DNA from: an uncultured Gemmatimonadales bacterium
GTDB lineage: Bacteria > Gemmatimonadota > Gemmatimonadetes > Gemmatimonadales > GWC2-71-9
Length of the DNA stretch: 64,000 nt
Assembly: GCA_963842945.1 (NCBI GenBank)
Contig: CAWJIM010000005.1
Coordinates: forward strand, 32,001 to 96,000
Direction: 5' to 3'
Shown in pieces: positions 54,172 through 63,998 of the stretch; within the stretch, counting starts at the first letter, position 1; the number at the start of each line of letters is the position of its first letter. A model generated the notes under the pieces. The model made no database searches, was not told the origin of the DNA, and saw only the letters and a program-made list of their open reading frames with translations. A program made the position numbers and the translations under genes.

Positions 54172-55953
54172 TCACAACCCGAACACCCAGACGATCCCAC
54201 CTTGACTCGTGTGCCGAGCGATATCGGGCATGAAGCTGGCGGGTGGGCGGACGTCGTCCGGATCGTCGGAACGGACGTCGCCCGACAGGAGACCCCAGTC
54301 GCCCCCGAATCCGGCGTACAGCGCGATGTACTGTTTGCCGTCCGGTCCCTTGAATGAGATCGGATTGCCGATCACGCCTGACCCGACCTTGAACTTGTAC
54401 AGCACCTTGCCGCTACGTGCGTCTGCCGCCTTGAACCAGCCATCGAGCGTGCCGTAGAAGACGACATCACCACCCGTTGCCAGGGCACCGCTCCACACCG
54501 GGTATGGCTCCTTGATCTCCCACACCTTCTTGCCTCGGGCGGCGTCATAGGCGATGAAGGCGCCGAGGTTTCCCCCTGCTCCAGCCTTGTACGGCGTTGT
54601 CGCGCCGAGGTATGGAGTGCCCGCGATGTATGAGACGTTGGCCACCGAATAGTCCATGCACATGTTACTCGTCGACACGTAGAACAGCCGGGTGATCGGC
54701 GAATAAGCTGCGGGCTGCTGGTTCTTGCCGCCCTCCAGTGTGGGGCAGATGTCCTTTACCGTTCCCTTGGACGCGCCGGTGGTCTTGGAGGAATCCACCT
54801 CGGGCTTACCGGTTTCCAGGTCGATCCGCCGGGCCCAGTTCACCTCCACGTACGGCTCAGCCAGAAGCAGCTCGCCGGTCGCGCGGTCCATGGTATAGAC
54901 GAACCCATTCTTGTCGAAGTGAACCAGGGCCTTTCGCGGCTTTCCCTTCACCGTGAGGTCAACCAGGATCATCTCCTGGGTCGAATCGAAGTCCCAGTTG
55001 TCTGCCGGCGTGAACTGATAGGCCCACCGGAGGGCACCGTCCTGGGGCCGCCGGGCCATGACACTCGTGGCCCAGCGGTTCTCGCCAGGGCGCTGCTCGG
55101 TGTTCCAGGGCGCCGGATTTCCCGTTCCGTAATAGATGAGGTCAAGCTCGGGATCGTAGGACATCCAGCCCCACACCGGCCCGCCCCCGTTTTTCCAGGT
55201 GTCGGCGGGCCAGCTCTTCTGCGCCAGCTCGGTGCCCTTCTCGTAGTACGGCTTGAAGGTTCCGGGCTTCGCCAGCACTTCCGCATCGGGCCCAGTGCTG
55301 TAGCCGGTCCAGACCAGGTTTCCGGTCCGAACGTCCAGTCCCTTGACCCAGCCGCGGACGCCGAATTCGCCACCCGAGTTGCCTACGATCACGCGGTCCT
55401 TCACCACCAGCGGGGCCATGGGAGTGGTCTCGCCTCGATTGAGATCGGCCACTTTGGTCTTCCAGATCTCCTTGCCGGTGGCGGCGTCGAGGGCGACGGT
55501 GTGGCCGTCGAGCAGATTGTAGAACAGCCGCCCGTTGGCGTAGAACGCGCCCCGATTCACCACATCGCAGCAAGCGATGCCGATCGCGGCGCCGTTGACC
55601 TTGGGACGGTACTTCCACTTGAGCGGGTAGCCTTCTTTGGTGAGATCGAACGCATAGACCACATTGGGGTACGGCGTCACCACGTACATGGTGCTGCCGA
55701 CCACCAGCGGCTGTCCCTCATGTCCCCCCAGCACGCCGGTCGAGAAGCTCCACACCGGGCGCAGTCGCTTTGCGTTGCCGGCGGTGATCTGCGCCAGGCC
55801 GCTGAAGCGGGTTGACGCGTAGTCCTTGCCCGGCATGGTCCACTGCGCATCGTCCTGGGCCGCGTTCACCTGACGCTGGGCTTCGGCCGAGTCGCTCGCA
55901 CCGAGGGAGAGGGCTGCTGCAAGGGCGATACCGAGCCCGTTTATGGATTTCAT
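54172..55953 (-). CDS. xoxF: PQQ-dependent methanol/ethanol-family dehydrogenase, predicted lanthanide-dependent (XoxF-like)
   Basis: ACCDVVNRG vicinal disulfide, GGEFGVRG, GTGNPAPWN, WDFD (D-x-D), GTLDGWFKA. Confidence 0.85.
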   Translation of the reverse strand: MKSINGLGIALAAALSLGASDSAEAQRQVNAAQDDAQWTMPGKDYASTRFSGLAQITAGNAKRLRPVWSFSTGVLGGHEGQPLVVGSTMYVVTPYPNVVYAFDLTKEGYPLKWKYRPKVNGAAIGIACCDVVNRGAFYANGRLFYNLLDGHTVALDAATGKEIWKTKVADLNRGETTPMAPLVVKDRVIVGNSGGEFGVRGWVKGLDVRTGNLVWTGYSTGPDAEVLAKPGTFKPYYEKGTELAQKSWPADTWKNGGGPVWGWMSYDPELDLIYYGTGNPAPWNTEQRPGENRWATSVMARRPQDGALRWAYQFTPADNWDFDSTQEMILVDLTVKGKPRKALVHFDKNGFVYTMDRATGELLLAEPYVEVNWARRIDLETGKPEVDSSKTTGASKGTVKDICPTLEGGKNQQPAAYSPITRLFYVSTSNMCMDYSVANVSYIAGTPYLGATTPYKAGAGGNLGAFIAYDAARGKKVWEIKEPYPVWSGALATGGDVVFYGTLDGWFKAADARSGKVLYKFKVGSGVIGNPISFKGPDGKQYIALYAGFGGDWGLLSGDVRSDDPDDVRPPASFMPDIARHTSQGGIVWVFGL

Positions 55954-56024
55954 GTGGGTGCCTTCTCTGCGAGGGCGAGTGCAGGCGATACTATCGGAGA
56001 CATCTCGCCGGCGCAACCCGGCTG

Positions 56025-56888
56025 CTACAGAGCGGGTTGACCTCGGCCCTGCGAGCCGCTGTCCGGTGACGCCAGGGGAAAGCCGAACTTCCCGAGCAGG
56101 CTGTCGATGCCGGAGCGTCTCCGCTTCAGCACCGTCTCCAGCCGCTCCTTCAACTCCTTGTCGCCGGGCCGCACGGCAAGCGAGATGTCGAACGCGAAGC
56201 GGAGTCCCGGAGGATCGTAGGCGGGTGATACCGGGACGATATCGAGCTGAGCGTCCGATCTCCTGGCGAAGTAGCCGGCCAGCGGCCCCCAGGCGACGGC
56301 GATGTCCACGGCGCCGGACACCACGGCATCAATAATCCTGGCGGGAGGATTGGCCTGGGAGTAATCGCCATAGACGCTGAACCCCTCCAGATTCCCCACG
56401 ATTCCTCGGCGGCTCAGCGCGTGAACCGGTGGAGTGTTGTTGTAGTCGTCACCCACCAGCTGGACGCCGATTTTCAGCTTCTTCAGGGCCGGATCATCGA
56501 ACGACTTGATGCCGAGATGACGATCTTTGCGGGAGACGAACACATAGCTCGAGCGGTAGTACGGGCGGGTGGTGAGCACCCGCTCCGACCCCGAGGGTAT
56601 GCCCATCACGACGTCGCATGAATCGGCTGCTAGGGTATTGCGAATGAAACCTCGGCGCTGGGGCCACCAAGTGTATTTCACGCCGGCCCGGAGCTCCTTG
56701 GCCACCAGCTGGGCCAGGTGGTTCTCCAGGCCCTCGCCGGCGCGGTTGGAGAAGGGCAGGTTATTGGGATCGGAGCACACCCGAAGCTCGTGCGGGGGGT
56801 TGGACGCGTTGCATCCGAGCAGGACCAAGCTGAGGACGACGTACCAGGGTCTGGACGTATCTGTAGAACACGGATACTTCCGAGGCAT
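56025..56888 (-). CDS. xoxJ: XoxJ/MxaJ-family periplasmic substrate-binding protein
   Basis: LRVCSDPNNLPFSN..GEG.EN, WWPQRRGFIRNTL, TRPYYRSSY, WGPLAGYFA. Confidence 0.9.
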   Translation of the reverse strand: MPRKYPCSTDTSRPWYVVLSLVLLGCNASNPPHELRVCSDPNNLPFSNRAGEGLENHLAQLVAKELRAGVKYTWWPQRRGFIRNTLAADSCDVVMGIPSGSERVLTTRPYYRSSYVFVSRKDRHLGIKSFDDPALKKLKIGVQLVGDDYNNTPPVHALSRRGIVGNLEGFSVYGDYSQANPPARIIDAVVSGAVDIAVAWGPLAGYFARRSDAQLDIVPVSPAYDPPGLRFAFDISLAVRPGDKELKERLETVLKRRRSGIDSLLGKFGFPLASPDSGSQGRGQPAL

Positions 56889-56982
56889 GATGACGACGAG
56901 TGCTGGTTGATTCTAAACCTAAATACTAGTTCCGATGTGTCCTTTGTGCCTTTGTGGTGAACGTCTTCAAAGGCTCGACGGT

Positions 56983-57825
56983 ATGAAACTACAACTGGTA
57001 GGACTCGCGCTGATGACGGCCGCACCGCTCGCCGCTCAGCAGCCTCAGATCATCACCGGGCTGAAGCAGCCCGAGTCGGTAGCCATTGGGCCGGGCGGAA
57101 AGGTCTACGTCAGCGAGACCGGCGAATACGAGAAGGCCAACGACGGCTACATCAGCGTGCTGGAGGGTGGGAAGCTGCGCCGCTTTGCGAGCGGCCTGGA
57201 CGATCCCCATGGCATCAAGTGGTATCGCGACCACCTCTTCGTCTCCGACAACATGGGGATGGTGTGGCGGATCGATGCCCAGGGTAACGCCGAGCGGTTT
57301 GTGGATGCCACCGATTTTCCGCGGAAGATCACCAACTTCAACGATCTGGAGATCGACCGGAACGGGAATCTGTACCTGTCCGACAGCGGAGACTGGGATG
57401 GCGGTGGCGGTGCCATCTACCGGATCACCCAGCAGAAGAAGATTACGCCGGTGATCACCTCCGATGATGACGTGCGGGTGGTCAGTCCCAATGGGCTGCT
57501 CATGGACGGCAACCATCTGCTGGAGGTGGACTACACCACCGGGATCCTCTTCCGGATCGATCTCGAGGGCAAGTCCATGGAGAAGGTGGTCGGCGGTCTC
57601 GGTGCATCCGATGGCCTGGTGCGGGATGCTGCGGGGCGGCTCATTGTTGGCGATTTTGCCGGTCACCGGCTCTTCGTGGTGACCAGGCCGGACCTCAAGC
57701 CGCAGGAGGTCACGGTTGGCGGGATCGAGTCCGCCGCCGACCTGGCGATCAGTCCCGACGGAAAGAGTCTGTTGATCCCCGACATGAGCGGGGGCAAGCT
57801 CGCAATCATCCCGCTTCCGAAATAA
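56983..57825 (+). CDS. Secreted SMP-30/gluconolactonase-like beta-propeller
   Basis: GLKQPES, GLDDPHG, FND..ID.NGNLYLSDSG, PNGL, DGL, AAD. Confidence 0.8.
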   Translation: MKLQLVGLALMTAAPLAAQQPQIITGLKQPESVAIGPGGKVYVSETGEYEKANDGYISVLEGGKLRRFASGLDDPHGIKWYRDHLFVSDNMGMVWRIDAQGNAERFVDATDFPRKITNFNDLEIDRNGNLYLSDSGDWDGGGGAIYRITQQKKITPVITSDDDVRVVSPNGLLMDGNHLLEVDYTTGILFRIDLEGKSMEKVVGGLGASDGLVRDAAGRLIVGDFAGHRLFVVTRPDLKPQEVTVGGIESAADLAISPDGKSLLIPDMSGGKLAIIPLPK

Positions 57826-57890
57826 GTCCCCAGGCGACTGGCGACTCGGGTGACGGTCCGACGGGCTGACTGGCGACTGACGACTCACGA

Positions 57891-59558
57891 CTACCTCCCC
57901 ATATCCTGTAAAATTGCCTTCGGCGTAACCGGCCCGCCCAGGAAATCCTCGATCACTTGCCGGCTGGGGCGCTCCAGCCCAAACCGAAACAGCCGGGGCG
58001 CAACCCAGGCATACCAGGTGCTGTCGCCGGCGGTGAAAGGTCCGTGAAGCTCTCTGGTCCGGGCCCGAATCGCCGCGATCAGCATGGCGCCGGCGGCGTA
58101 GTTCATCATGTAACCCGGCGCATCCACCAGCTGTCCCCGCATTGCCCACCAGGAGAGCTCGGGGTGGGGCCGGATCCGGAGATAGTCCCGGGTCAGCGAC
58201 GTCCAAACCTGGTTGGGGTCCAGCGTAGGATCTCGTTGCAGCCGAAGCTCGAACAACGCCCAGGCGACATCCATCACGATGCCGGCGTAGCGCGCCCGGA
58301 GACCCTCCCGGAGAGGCACCGAATCGCCCAGCCAGCGCCGCTGCCACGCCGGCTCGGTAACCTCCAGCGCCACGAAGTCGGCCACTGCCTCGGTGAAGGG
58401 ATCGCTGTCCGGCCAGTCGGCAAACGCGGGCCGGGTCCGAATCGCGGCGATATGGATGGCGTGTCCGGTCTCGTGCAGCAGCTCGCTCAGGTTGTCCAAT
58501 CCGCCGGTGCGATAGGTGGCAAACACCCACGGCTCGCCGCCGCGCCACCGGCCATTCATGAGCCTGGGGCGGGCACCGAATGTGGTGTACGCTACCGGTG
58601 TCTTGCCTTCGCGCGGGTCCAGGTCATAGTGAACCCGGAGCCGGCCCACGTCGGCACCGAGCGACCGGTACACCTCGGCATTAAGCGGGCTCAGCCGAGA
58701 GCGCGAGATCCGCGAACTCAGCGCTCGGCCGGCCGCTCCCACCATGTAATACCAGTCCCATGGCTCCATCGTGGAATCGGAGTTCGACCGGCGCCAGGTA
58801 TCGAGCATCGCCTCGAGCCAGGGCTCCAGCGAATCGGGCGGCACTCCGGAGGCACTCGCCTGCTCGAGGGAGGGCGGGCGCCTGGCATCTGACATCTGCT
58901 TCGCGATCAGCACCCGATAGGGACTCGCCGCTTCGTTGTCTCCGTTCATGCTGCGCCAAACCGGGTCCAGCGAGAGGAAGAGCCGGCGCCGGCCATCCGG
59001 GGCATCGGTGCGTCCCAACGTGCCCAGGATCGTCAGCCGGTCGAGGGTGTCGCCATCAACCGGGACGTGAGACTGGGCCCAGCCGTAGCAGGCATAGATC
59101 CGGGCCCGAAGCGAATCCACTCCTCGGGTGGATGCCGCGATCGAGCGAGGGTCATAGTTGCAGCTCGGCGGACGAGCGATTGTCGCTGAACTATCGGTGT
59201 GCTGCGGCGGTGTGAGTGAGTCGAGGTCGCGCTGCAGGGTTCGTCGCATCACCGCCAGGGCCCGCCGATCTTCTTCCTGGAGCCCGGCGGAATCGATGCC
59301 TTCGAGCCGGGCGGTTACGGTTCTTCGAAGCGCATTGTGAGCCGTGATCCACGTAGTAACAGGAGTGGCGTCGTGGATGCCGTTCAGTCCCGAGGCAAGC
59401 GTCACGTCGATCCGGTCCCGGGCGTCGCGCAGATCGGCATACAGCGACTCGGCTACCGCCAGTTGTGAGGGACCGGCGCCAGTCCCAGACGGCTGGTGGG
59501 CGCAGGCCAGGAGCAGCGCAAGGCTGACCGTGCAGGAGAGGCGCGGGAGAAAGGGCAC
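57891..59558 (-). CDS. Gluzincin metallopeptidase lipoprotein (M3/M2-like)
   Basis: LLLAC lipobox; LLHETGHAIH and downstream FTEAVA. Confidence 0.72.
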   Translation of the reverse strand: MPFLPRLSCTVSLALLLACAHQPSGTGAGPSQLAVAESLYADLRDARDRIDVTLASGLNGIHDATPVTTWITAHNALRRTVTARLEGIDSAGLQEEDRRALAVMRRTLQRDLDSLTPPQHTDSSATIARPPSCNYDPRSIAASTRGVDSLRARIYACYGWAQSHVPVDGDTLDRLTILGTLGRTDAPDGRRRLFLSLDPVWRSMNGDNEAASPYRVLIAKQMSDARRPPSLEQASASGVPPDSLEPWLEAMLDTWRRSNSDSTMEPWDWYYMVGAAGRALSSRISRSRLSPLNAEVYRSLGADVGRLRVHYDLDPREGKTPVAYTTFGARPRLMNGRWRGGEPWVFATYRTGGLDNLSELLHETGHAIHIAAIRTRPAFADWPDSDPFTEAVADFVALEVTEPAWQRRWLGDSVPLREGLRARYAGIVMDVAWALFELRLQRDPTLDPNQVWTSLTRDYLRIRPHPELSWWAMRGQLVDAPGYMMNYAAGAMLIAAIRARTRELHGPFTAGDSTWYAWVAPRLFRFGLERPSRQVIEDFLGGPVTPKAILQDMGR

Positions 59559-59565
59559 GATGGGT

Positions 59566-59596
59566 AAAAGAATAGCGCCGGCTGGAGCCGGCGCTA
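59566..59596 (-). terminator. Rho-independent terminator after yciF-like gene
   Basis: Minus strand TAGCGCCGGC-tcca-GCCGGCGCTA then TTCTTTT. Confidence 0.7.
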
Positions 59597-59620
59597 AATG
59601 ATGCTGTGACCAGGAAAGCC

Positions 59621-60124
59621 TTAGACCGCGACGCGATTCACTCTGGCTTCGGCGATCTGGGTCAGCTTGAGGTCGGTGGCCTTCTCTTCGTCCAGATTCT
59701 GCTGCAGCACGGCGGCGCAGTCGGGCCGGCCCAATTCACGGGCCCAGGCGATCAGCGTTCCGTAGCGGGTGATCTCGTAGTGCTCAACCGCCTGAGCGGC
59801 GGCCAGGGCCGCTGCATCCAGGACCTCGGGATCGCTGGCTTCGCCCATGATCTCTTCCGCTTCCGAGAGGATGCCATCGATGGCCGGGCAGGTTACCGCC
59901 TTGGGCTTCTCACCGTGCATCCGGAAAACCTCTTCCAGCCGGGTGACATGATGCTCCGTCTCCGCCAGGTGGGTCAGAAAAGCGGACTGCAGCTGCTGGT
60001 CCGTTACCTTCGAAATCATCTTCGGCAGCGCTTTGGTGATCTTCTGCTCAGCGTAGTAGATGTCCTGCAGGGTATGGACGAAGAGGTCATTCAAGGTCTT
60101 GATTGGCTTGGAAAGGATTCCCAT
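59621..60124 (-). CDS. yciF: Ferritin-like DUF892 stress protein (YciF/YciE)
   Basis: LQDIYYAEQ.I.KALPKM, HLAETE.H..RLE, AQAVEHYEI.RYGTL, EEKATD..L. Confidence 0.9.
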   Translation of the reverse strand: MGILSKPIKTLNDLFVHTLQDIYYAEQKITKALPKMISKVTDQQLQSAFLTHLAETEHHVTRLEEVFRMHGEKPKAVTCPAIDGILSEAEEIMGEASDPEVLDAAALAAAQAVEHYEITRYGTLIAWARELGRPDCAAVLQQNLDEEKATDLKLTQIAEARVNRVAV

Positions 60125-60267
60125 GATCTGCTCCTGAAGGAATGATCGCCGGCCGAGCCGGCGAGAAATTGGCCTTCTAATTTTGGAGCCTGCATACTGG
60201 GCCTATGGGCGCCTCGGAGCCGTGAGCCAGGTCACTGGTTAGTTTTGGATTCTCAGAGGAGACCCCG

Positions 60268-60519
60268 ATGCAGCCGGACGCTTTAGCGCCACTCATTCCC
60301 GTCGCCGCGATCATCATGTTCGGCCTGGTGAGGATCTCGCGCCATTGGCGGCCCGGAGCGCTGCCCCAGAGCCCGGCTGTCACCCAACTGGAAGAGCGGC
60401 TGAACACAGTGGAACGGGAGATCGCCTCGCTCCAGGGAGAGCTGAGCGAGACCCAGGAGCGGCTCGACTTCGCCGAACGGCTGCTCGCCCAAACCCGGGA
60501 GCCCAAACGCCTTGAGTAG
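60268..60519 (+). CDS. Small membrane-anchored coiled-coil protein
   Basis: GAGGAG SD; N-terminal TM; ELSETQERLDFAERLL. Confidence 0.75.
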   Translation: MQPDALAPLIPVAAIIMFGLVRISRHWRPGALPQSPAVTQLEERLNTVEREIASLQGELSETQERLDFAERLLAQTREPKRLE

Positions 60520-62104
60520 ATCCTGCGCGACGGAAGTTGCCCTTTCCGTCTTTTCCGCCCTCACAGTCTTCTCCGCGCCCGCGGCCGCGCAGCAGCCGCC
60601 GCCGGATTTCGATAACTACGTGAAGCGAGTGATGCAGACGTTTACCGTCCCCGGCCTGTCGGTCGCTATCGTCAAAGACGGCAAGGTCGTGCTGGCCAAG
60701 GGATACGGTGTTCGGCGAATGGGCGACCCCACTCCGGTCGATGCCCGCACCCGCTTCGGCATCGCCTCCAACACCAAGCTCTTCACCGCAACCGCGCTCG
60801 CGCTGCTGGTGGAGGAGGGGAAAATCGAGTGGGACAAGCCGGTCACCGGCTATCTGCCTGCCTTTGCCATGTCGGATCCCTATGTGACGCACGAGATGAC
60901 CGTGCGGGACCTGCTGGTTCACCGCAGCGGCCTGGGCCTCGGCGCCGGCGACCTGCTCTGGTGGCCCCCCTCGAGCTATAACCGGAAGGAGATCGCCCGG
61001 CGGATCCGCTACATCCCGCTGGCCACATCGTTCCGGAGCGCGTACGCCTATGACAACGTGCTTTATCTGGTGGCCGGCGAGCTGATCGAGGCGGTATCGG
61101 GACAGCCCTGGGAGGAGTTCGTCCGGAGCCGGATCCTGCGGAAGGTAGGCATGAACGACAGCGACGTTCGCCACTCCGGCGCCATGGACAAGGGAAACGT
61201 CGCCGGAACCCATGCGGAGGTGAACGATACCGTCCGGCCGGTGGCGCCCTTCACCAGTGACAACACCAATCCGGCCGGCGGTATCATGGCCGGCGCCGCC
61301 GATATGGCCAAGTGGCTGATCGTTCAGCTCGATTCGGGAAAGGTGGCCGACGGCTCGCGGCTCTTCTCACCTGCCAGCGCCAGGGAGCTCTGGCGGGAGG
61401 TGACGCCCACCCCCATCGGCGGAATACCAGGGAAACAGCCCCAACTGGCCCATCTGCGCGCCACCATGGCGGGCTACGCCCTAGGCCTCGGCGTGCGCGA
61501 CTACCGAGGCTACATCCTGCGACAGCATACCGGCGGCCTGCCCGGCTATCTGTCCAAGGTCGCGATGATTCCCGATCTTCGGCTGGGCGTCGCGGTGCTG
61601 ACCAACCAGGAGTCGGGTGCGGCCTTCGACGCGATCACCTACCGGGTGCTGGACCACTTCATCGGCGCCAAGTCACCCGACTATCCGGCCGTGTTCAATC
61701 AGATTGTACAACAGAACCGCCAGAAGCTCAGGAGTGAGGAACAGCAGGCCGCCGGCGCCCGCGACTCTATGGCTGGGCCGTCGCTTCCACTGGCCAAGTA
61801 TGCCGGCAACTATCGGGATCCCTGGTATGGCGACGTGAAGGTGACGCAGGAGGGCGACAAGCTCGCCATCCGTTTCACCCGGACACCCTCACTGGTGGGC
61901 GACTTGCTCCATTGGCAGCACGACACGTTTCTGGCCCGCTGGAGAGACCGGGAGCTCAGAGCCGACGCCTTCGCTACGTTCTGGCTCAACCCGGACGGAA
62001 GCATCCATCAGCTCCGGATCGTGCCGGCGTCGGAGTCGGTGGACTTCAGCTTCGACTTTCAGGATCTGGTCTTGAAGCCAGTCAAGGATTCTGTCGCTCA
62101 CTGA
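60512..62104 (+). CDS. Secreted serine hydrolase (class C beta-lactamase fold + DUF3471)
   Basis: FGIASNTK (SxxK), YAYDN (YxN), HTGG; C-terminal Y.G.YRDPWYG, LLHWQHDTF. Confidence 0.9.
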   Translation: MSRSCATEVALSVFSALTVFSAPAAAQQPPPDFDNYVKRVMQTFTVPGLSVAIVKDGKVVLAKGYGVRRMGDPTPVDARTRFGIASNTKLFTATALALLVEEGKIEWDKPVTGYLPAFAMSDPYVTHEMTVRDLLVHRSGLGLGAGDLLWWPPSSYNRKEIARRIRYIPLATSFRSAYAYDNVLYLVAGELIEAVSGQPWEEFVRSRILRKVGMNDSDVRHSGAMDKGNVAGTHAEVNDTVRPVAPFTSDNTNPAGGIMAGAADMAKWLIVQLDSGKVADGSRLFSPASARELWREVTPTPIGGIPGKQPQLAHLRATMAGYALGLGVRDYRGYILRQHTGGLPGYLSKVAMIPDLRLGVAVLTNQESGAAFDAITYRVLDHFIGAKSPDYPAVFNQIVQQNRQKLRSEEQQAAGARDSMAGPSLPLAKYAGNYRDPWYGDVKVTQEGDKLAIRFTRTPSLVGDLLHWQHDTFLARWRDRELRADAFATFWLNPDGSIHQLRIVPASESVDFSFDFQDLVLKPVKDSVAH

Positions 62105-62115
62105 AGAGTGCTGTC

Positions 62116-62661
62116 TCAGCTATGCGGCAGAGGTCCCAGGTGGTACCGCTTCCTCAGTACCTCGAGATGATGGCTCACATGCCCAACAATGATGTAGGCT
62201 AGCGCCCGAACGGTGATCGCATGGCCGTTGGCCTCGCCCCAGCGTCCCCATGCCTCCTCCGGAAGTCCCTCGAGCAGCGCGGCCGTGCTCATCCGAACTG
62301 CACGAAACTCCCCCAGCAGCATGGGCAGCGGCCGGTCGTCGAAACGGCCCGACGGCACGTAGGCGCCCTCGTCAAAGCCCGGGAGCGGAGTGGTGTCCCC
62401 CCTGGCGATCCGAAGCATCCGGTAGCTAAAGATCCGCTCGGTGTCGCACAGGTGCCCCAGGATTTCCTTCACGCTCCACTTTCCCTCGGCGTAACGGGCC
62501 AGGGCGTCCCGGTCGGTCACATTCTCGAATAGCCGCTCCACCTCGCGGGCCTGCTCTATCAGCTGCTGGGCCAGACTCTCGTCCGAGACCCGAGCGATAT
62601 ATGGGTGATAGTAAGCCGAAGACTCGTCAGCCTCCGGACGGGTGATGATGGCTGTGCTCAT
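62116..62661 (-). CDS. DinB-family protein
   Basis: YAEGKWSVKEILGHLCDTERIF.YR, LPGFDE, GH..HH. Confidence 0.9.
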   Translation of the reverse strand: MSTAIITRPEADESSAYYHPYIARVSDESLAQQLIEQAREVERLFENVTDRDALARYAEGKWSVKEILGHLCDTERIFSYRMLRIARGDTTPLPGFDEGAYVPSGRFDDRPLPMLLGEFRAVRMSTAALLEGLPEEAWGRWGEANGHAITVRALAYIIVGHVSHHLEVLRKRYHLGPLPHS

Positions 62662-62840
62662 CCTGCCTCCACTCGTCGGGGACGGCGCAGCAGCTCGCCG
62701 CCACAGTTCGGGCAAATGTGGCTCATGGCCTCGGCACACCCCGGACAGAAGGTGCATTCGTAGCTGCAGATGAAGGCGGATTCCGCCAGGGCGAGGGCGG
62801 TGTTACACCGCTCGCAGGTCTTCCGCATCTCCAAGGGCAT
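62658..62840 (-). CDS. DUF1272 Cys-rich zinc-binding protein
   Basis: LEMR..CERC, ICSYECTFC..C, CPNCGGEL.RRPRR. Confidence 0.9.
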   Translation of the reverse strand: MPLEMRKTCERCNTALALAESAFICSYECTFCPGCAEAMSHICPNCGGELLRRPRRVEAG

Positions 62841-62853
62841 GGCCGGCTCCGGA

Positions 62854-63360
62854 TCAGAGATTCCGGGGAAACAGTGTTGCGCTGCCGTCCATCTCTCCGG
62901 TCTCGGCATACGTGAGGGGTGTGGCTGAAGGATCCAGGATTTTCCCGTCCACCACCCGTCCCAGCACCAGCTCGTGATCCCCTGCCCGGGTACGCCCCAT
63001 CAGCTCGCATTCGAAATATGCCAGGGCTTCCTCCAGAATCGGTGATCCGAGGCGTCCCGGGTGACTCCGCATCCCGGCGAGCTTGTCCTCATCCCGGCCC
63101 GATTTCGTCCCCAGGCGCCGGGCCAGGTCCAGCTGGCCATGCTTAAGTACGTTGACCGTGAAGCTACCGGTAGCGTGCAGCAGCTCGTAGGACGCATTGT
63201 CCGGGTTGATGCTGACGGCCAAAATCAGCGGGTTGAAGGACGCCTGCATAATCCAGGCAGCGGTAAAGGCATCGCGCCGCTGCCCGTCGGCTACGCCAAC
63301 GGCGTACACGCCCAGCGTGATCCTTCGGAACAGGTCGGCGATCGCCGGATCTTCGCTCAT
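62854..63360 (-). CDS. Flavin reductase-like (DIM6/NTAB) protein
   Basis: FRRITLGVY.V, QASFNP, FTVNVL, AGDHELVLGRVV. Confidence 0.9.
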   Translation of the reverse strand: MSEDPAIADLFRRITLGVYAVGVADGQRRDAFTAAWIMQASFNPLILAVSINPDNASYELLHATGSFTVNVLKHGQLDLARRLGTKSGRDEDKLAGMRSHPGRLGSPILEEALAYFECELMGRTRAGDHELVLGRVVDGKILDPSATPLTYAETGEMDGSATLFPRNL

Positions 63361-63998
63361 TCGAAGTCCACGAAGATCTGCGCCACTTTCGGCTTGAGCT
63401 GTTGCATGGCTGGAAGATCCGAGGAGTAATCCCGGTCGCCCAGGACTTGGGAGTAGGCAGCGGACTGTTGTTCGGCAGGTCCGGGATCCAGATAGAGCTT
63501 AACGCCCGCCAGGGTGGAGTCCAGCGCGCCACCCTTCCAGTCAGTGATGACCCCAGCGTAGTCCCAGCCGAACCCGGCGAGAATGAATGGGCGTCCGTTG
63601 AGGCGCTCCAGCTCCTGCAGGCTGGTGCCCAGCGAGATGCCTTGGCCCACCTGCCACTTGCTCCGCGGGCCGCGAAGGATCACGCGGGCAGGGCGTCGGC
63701 GGCTTACGGTGTCCTTCCAGACGATCTCGGCCCGCCTGAGGCTGTCGCTGGGGTAGAGCACCGTACCTGGTGTCGTCTCGCCTTCACCCAATTCGATCCG
63801 GGCGCTCTCCACGGCACTGGGGCCATAGCGCTCCCGGAGCTCGACCTCGCTTCCTTCGGGGGTAAGGGGACCGCTGCCGGAGCGGGGGCTCACTCGCCAA
63901 TCACTCGTCGGAGGGGTGGGGACGGATGGTTCCCTGCGGACGGCTTGACCGGTCCCCGAATCCCCGCACCCCAACGAGCAGCAGAGGGCCGCCAGGAG
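63357..63998 (-). CDS. Hypothetical lipoprotein, 5' end beyond window
   Basis: LLAALCCSLGC lipobox-like segment at the edge; LGTSL.ELE.LNG.PF...GFGWDY.G; ATGA overlap with downstream gene. Confidence 0.7.
   Translation of the reverse strand, partial: LLAALCCSLGCGDSGTGQAVRREPSVPTPPTSDWRVSPRSGSGPLTPEGSEVELRERYGPSAVESARIELGEGETTPGTVLYPSDSLRRAEIVWKDTVSRRRPARVILRGPRSKWQVGQGISLGTSLQELERLNGRPFILAGFGWDYAGVITDWKGGALDSTLAGVKLYLDPGPAEQQSAAYSQVLGDRDYSSDLPAMQQLKPKVAQIFVDFE

Noticed and set aside
56936..56959. TGTGTCCTTTGTGCCTTTGTGGTG short repeat between xoxJ and the SMP-30 gene as an operator
   Set aside because: Only two imperfect units; resembles generic intergenic simple repeats, no supporting regulator
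60512..62104. Antibiotic-resistance beta-lactamase
   Set aside because: HTG triad and DUF3471 tail fit general serine peptidases/esterases of this fold, not AmpC (KTG)
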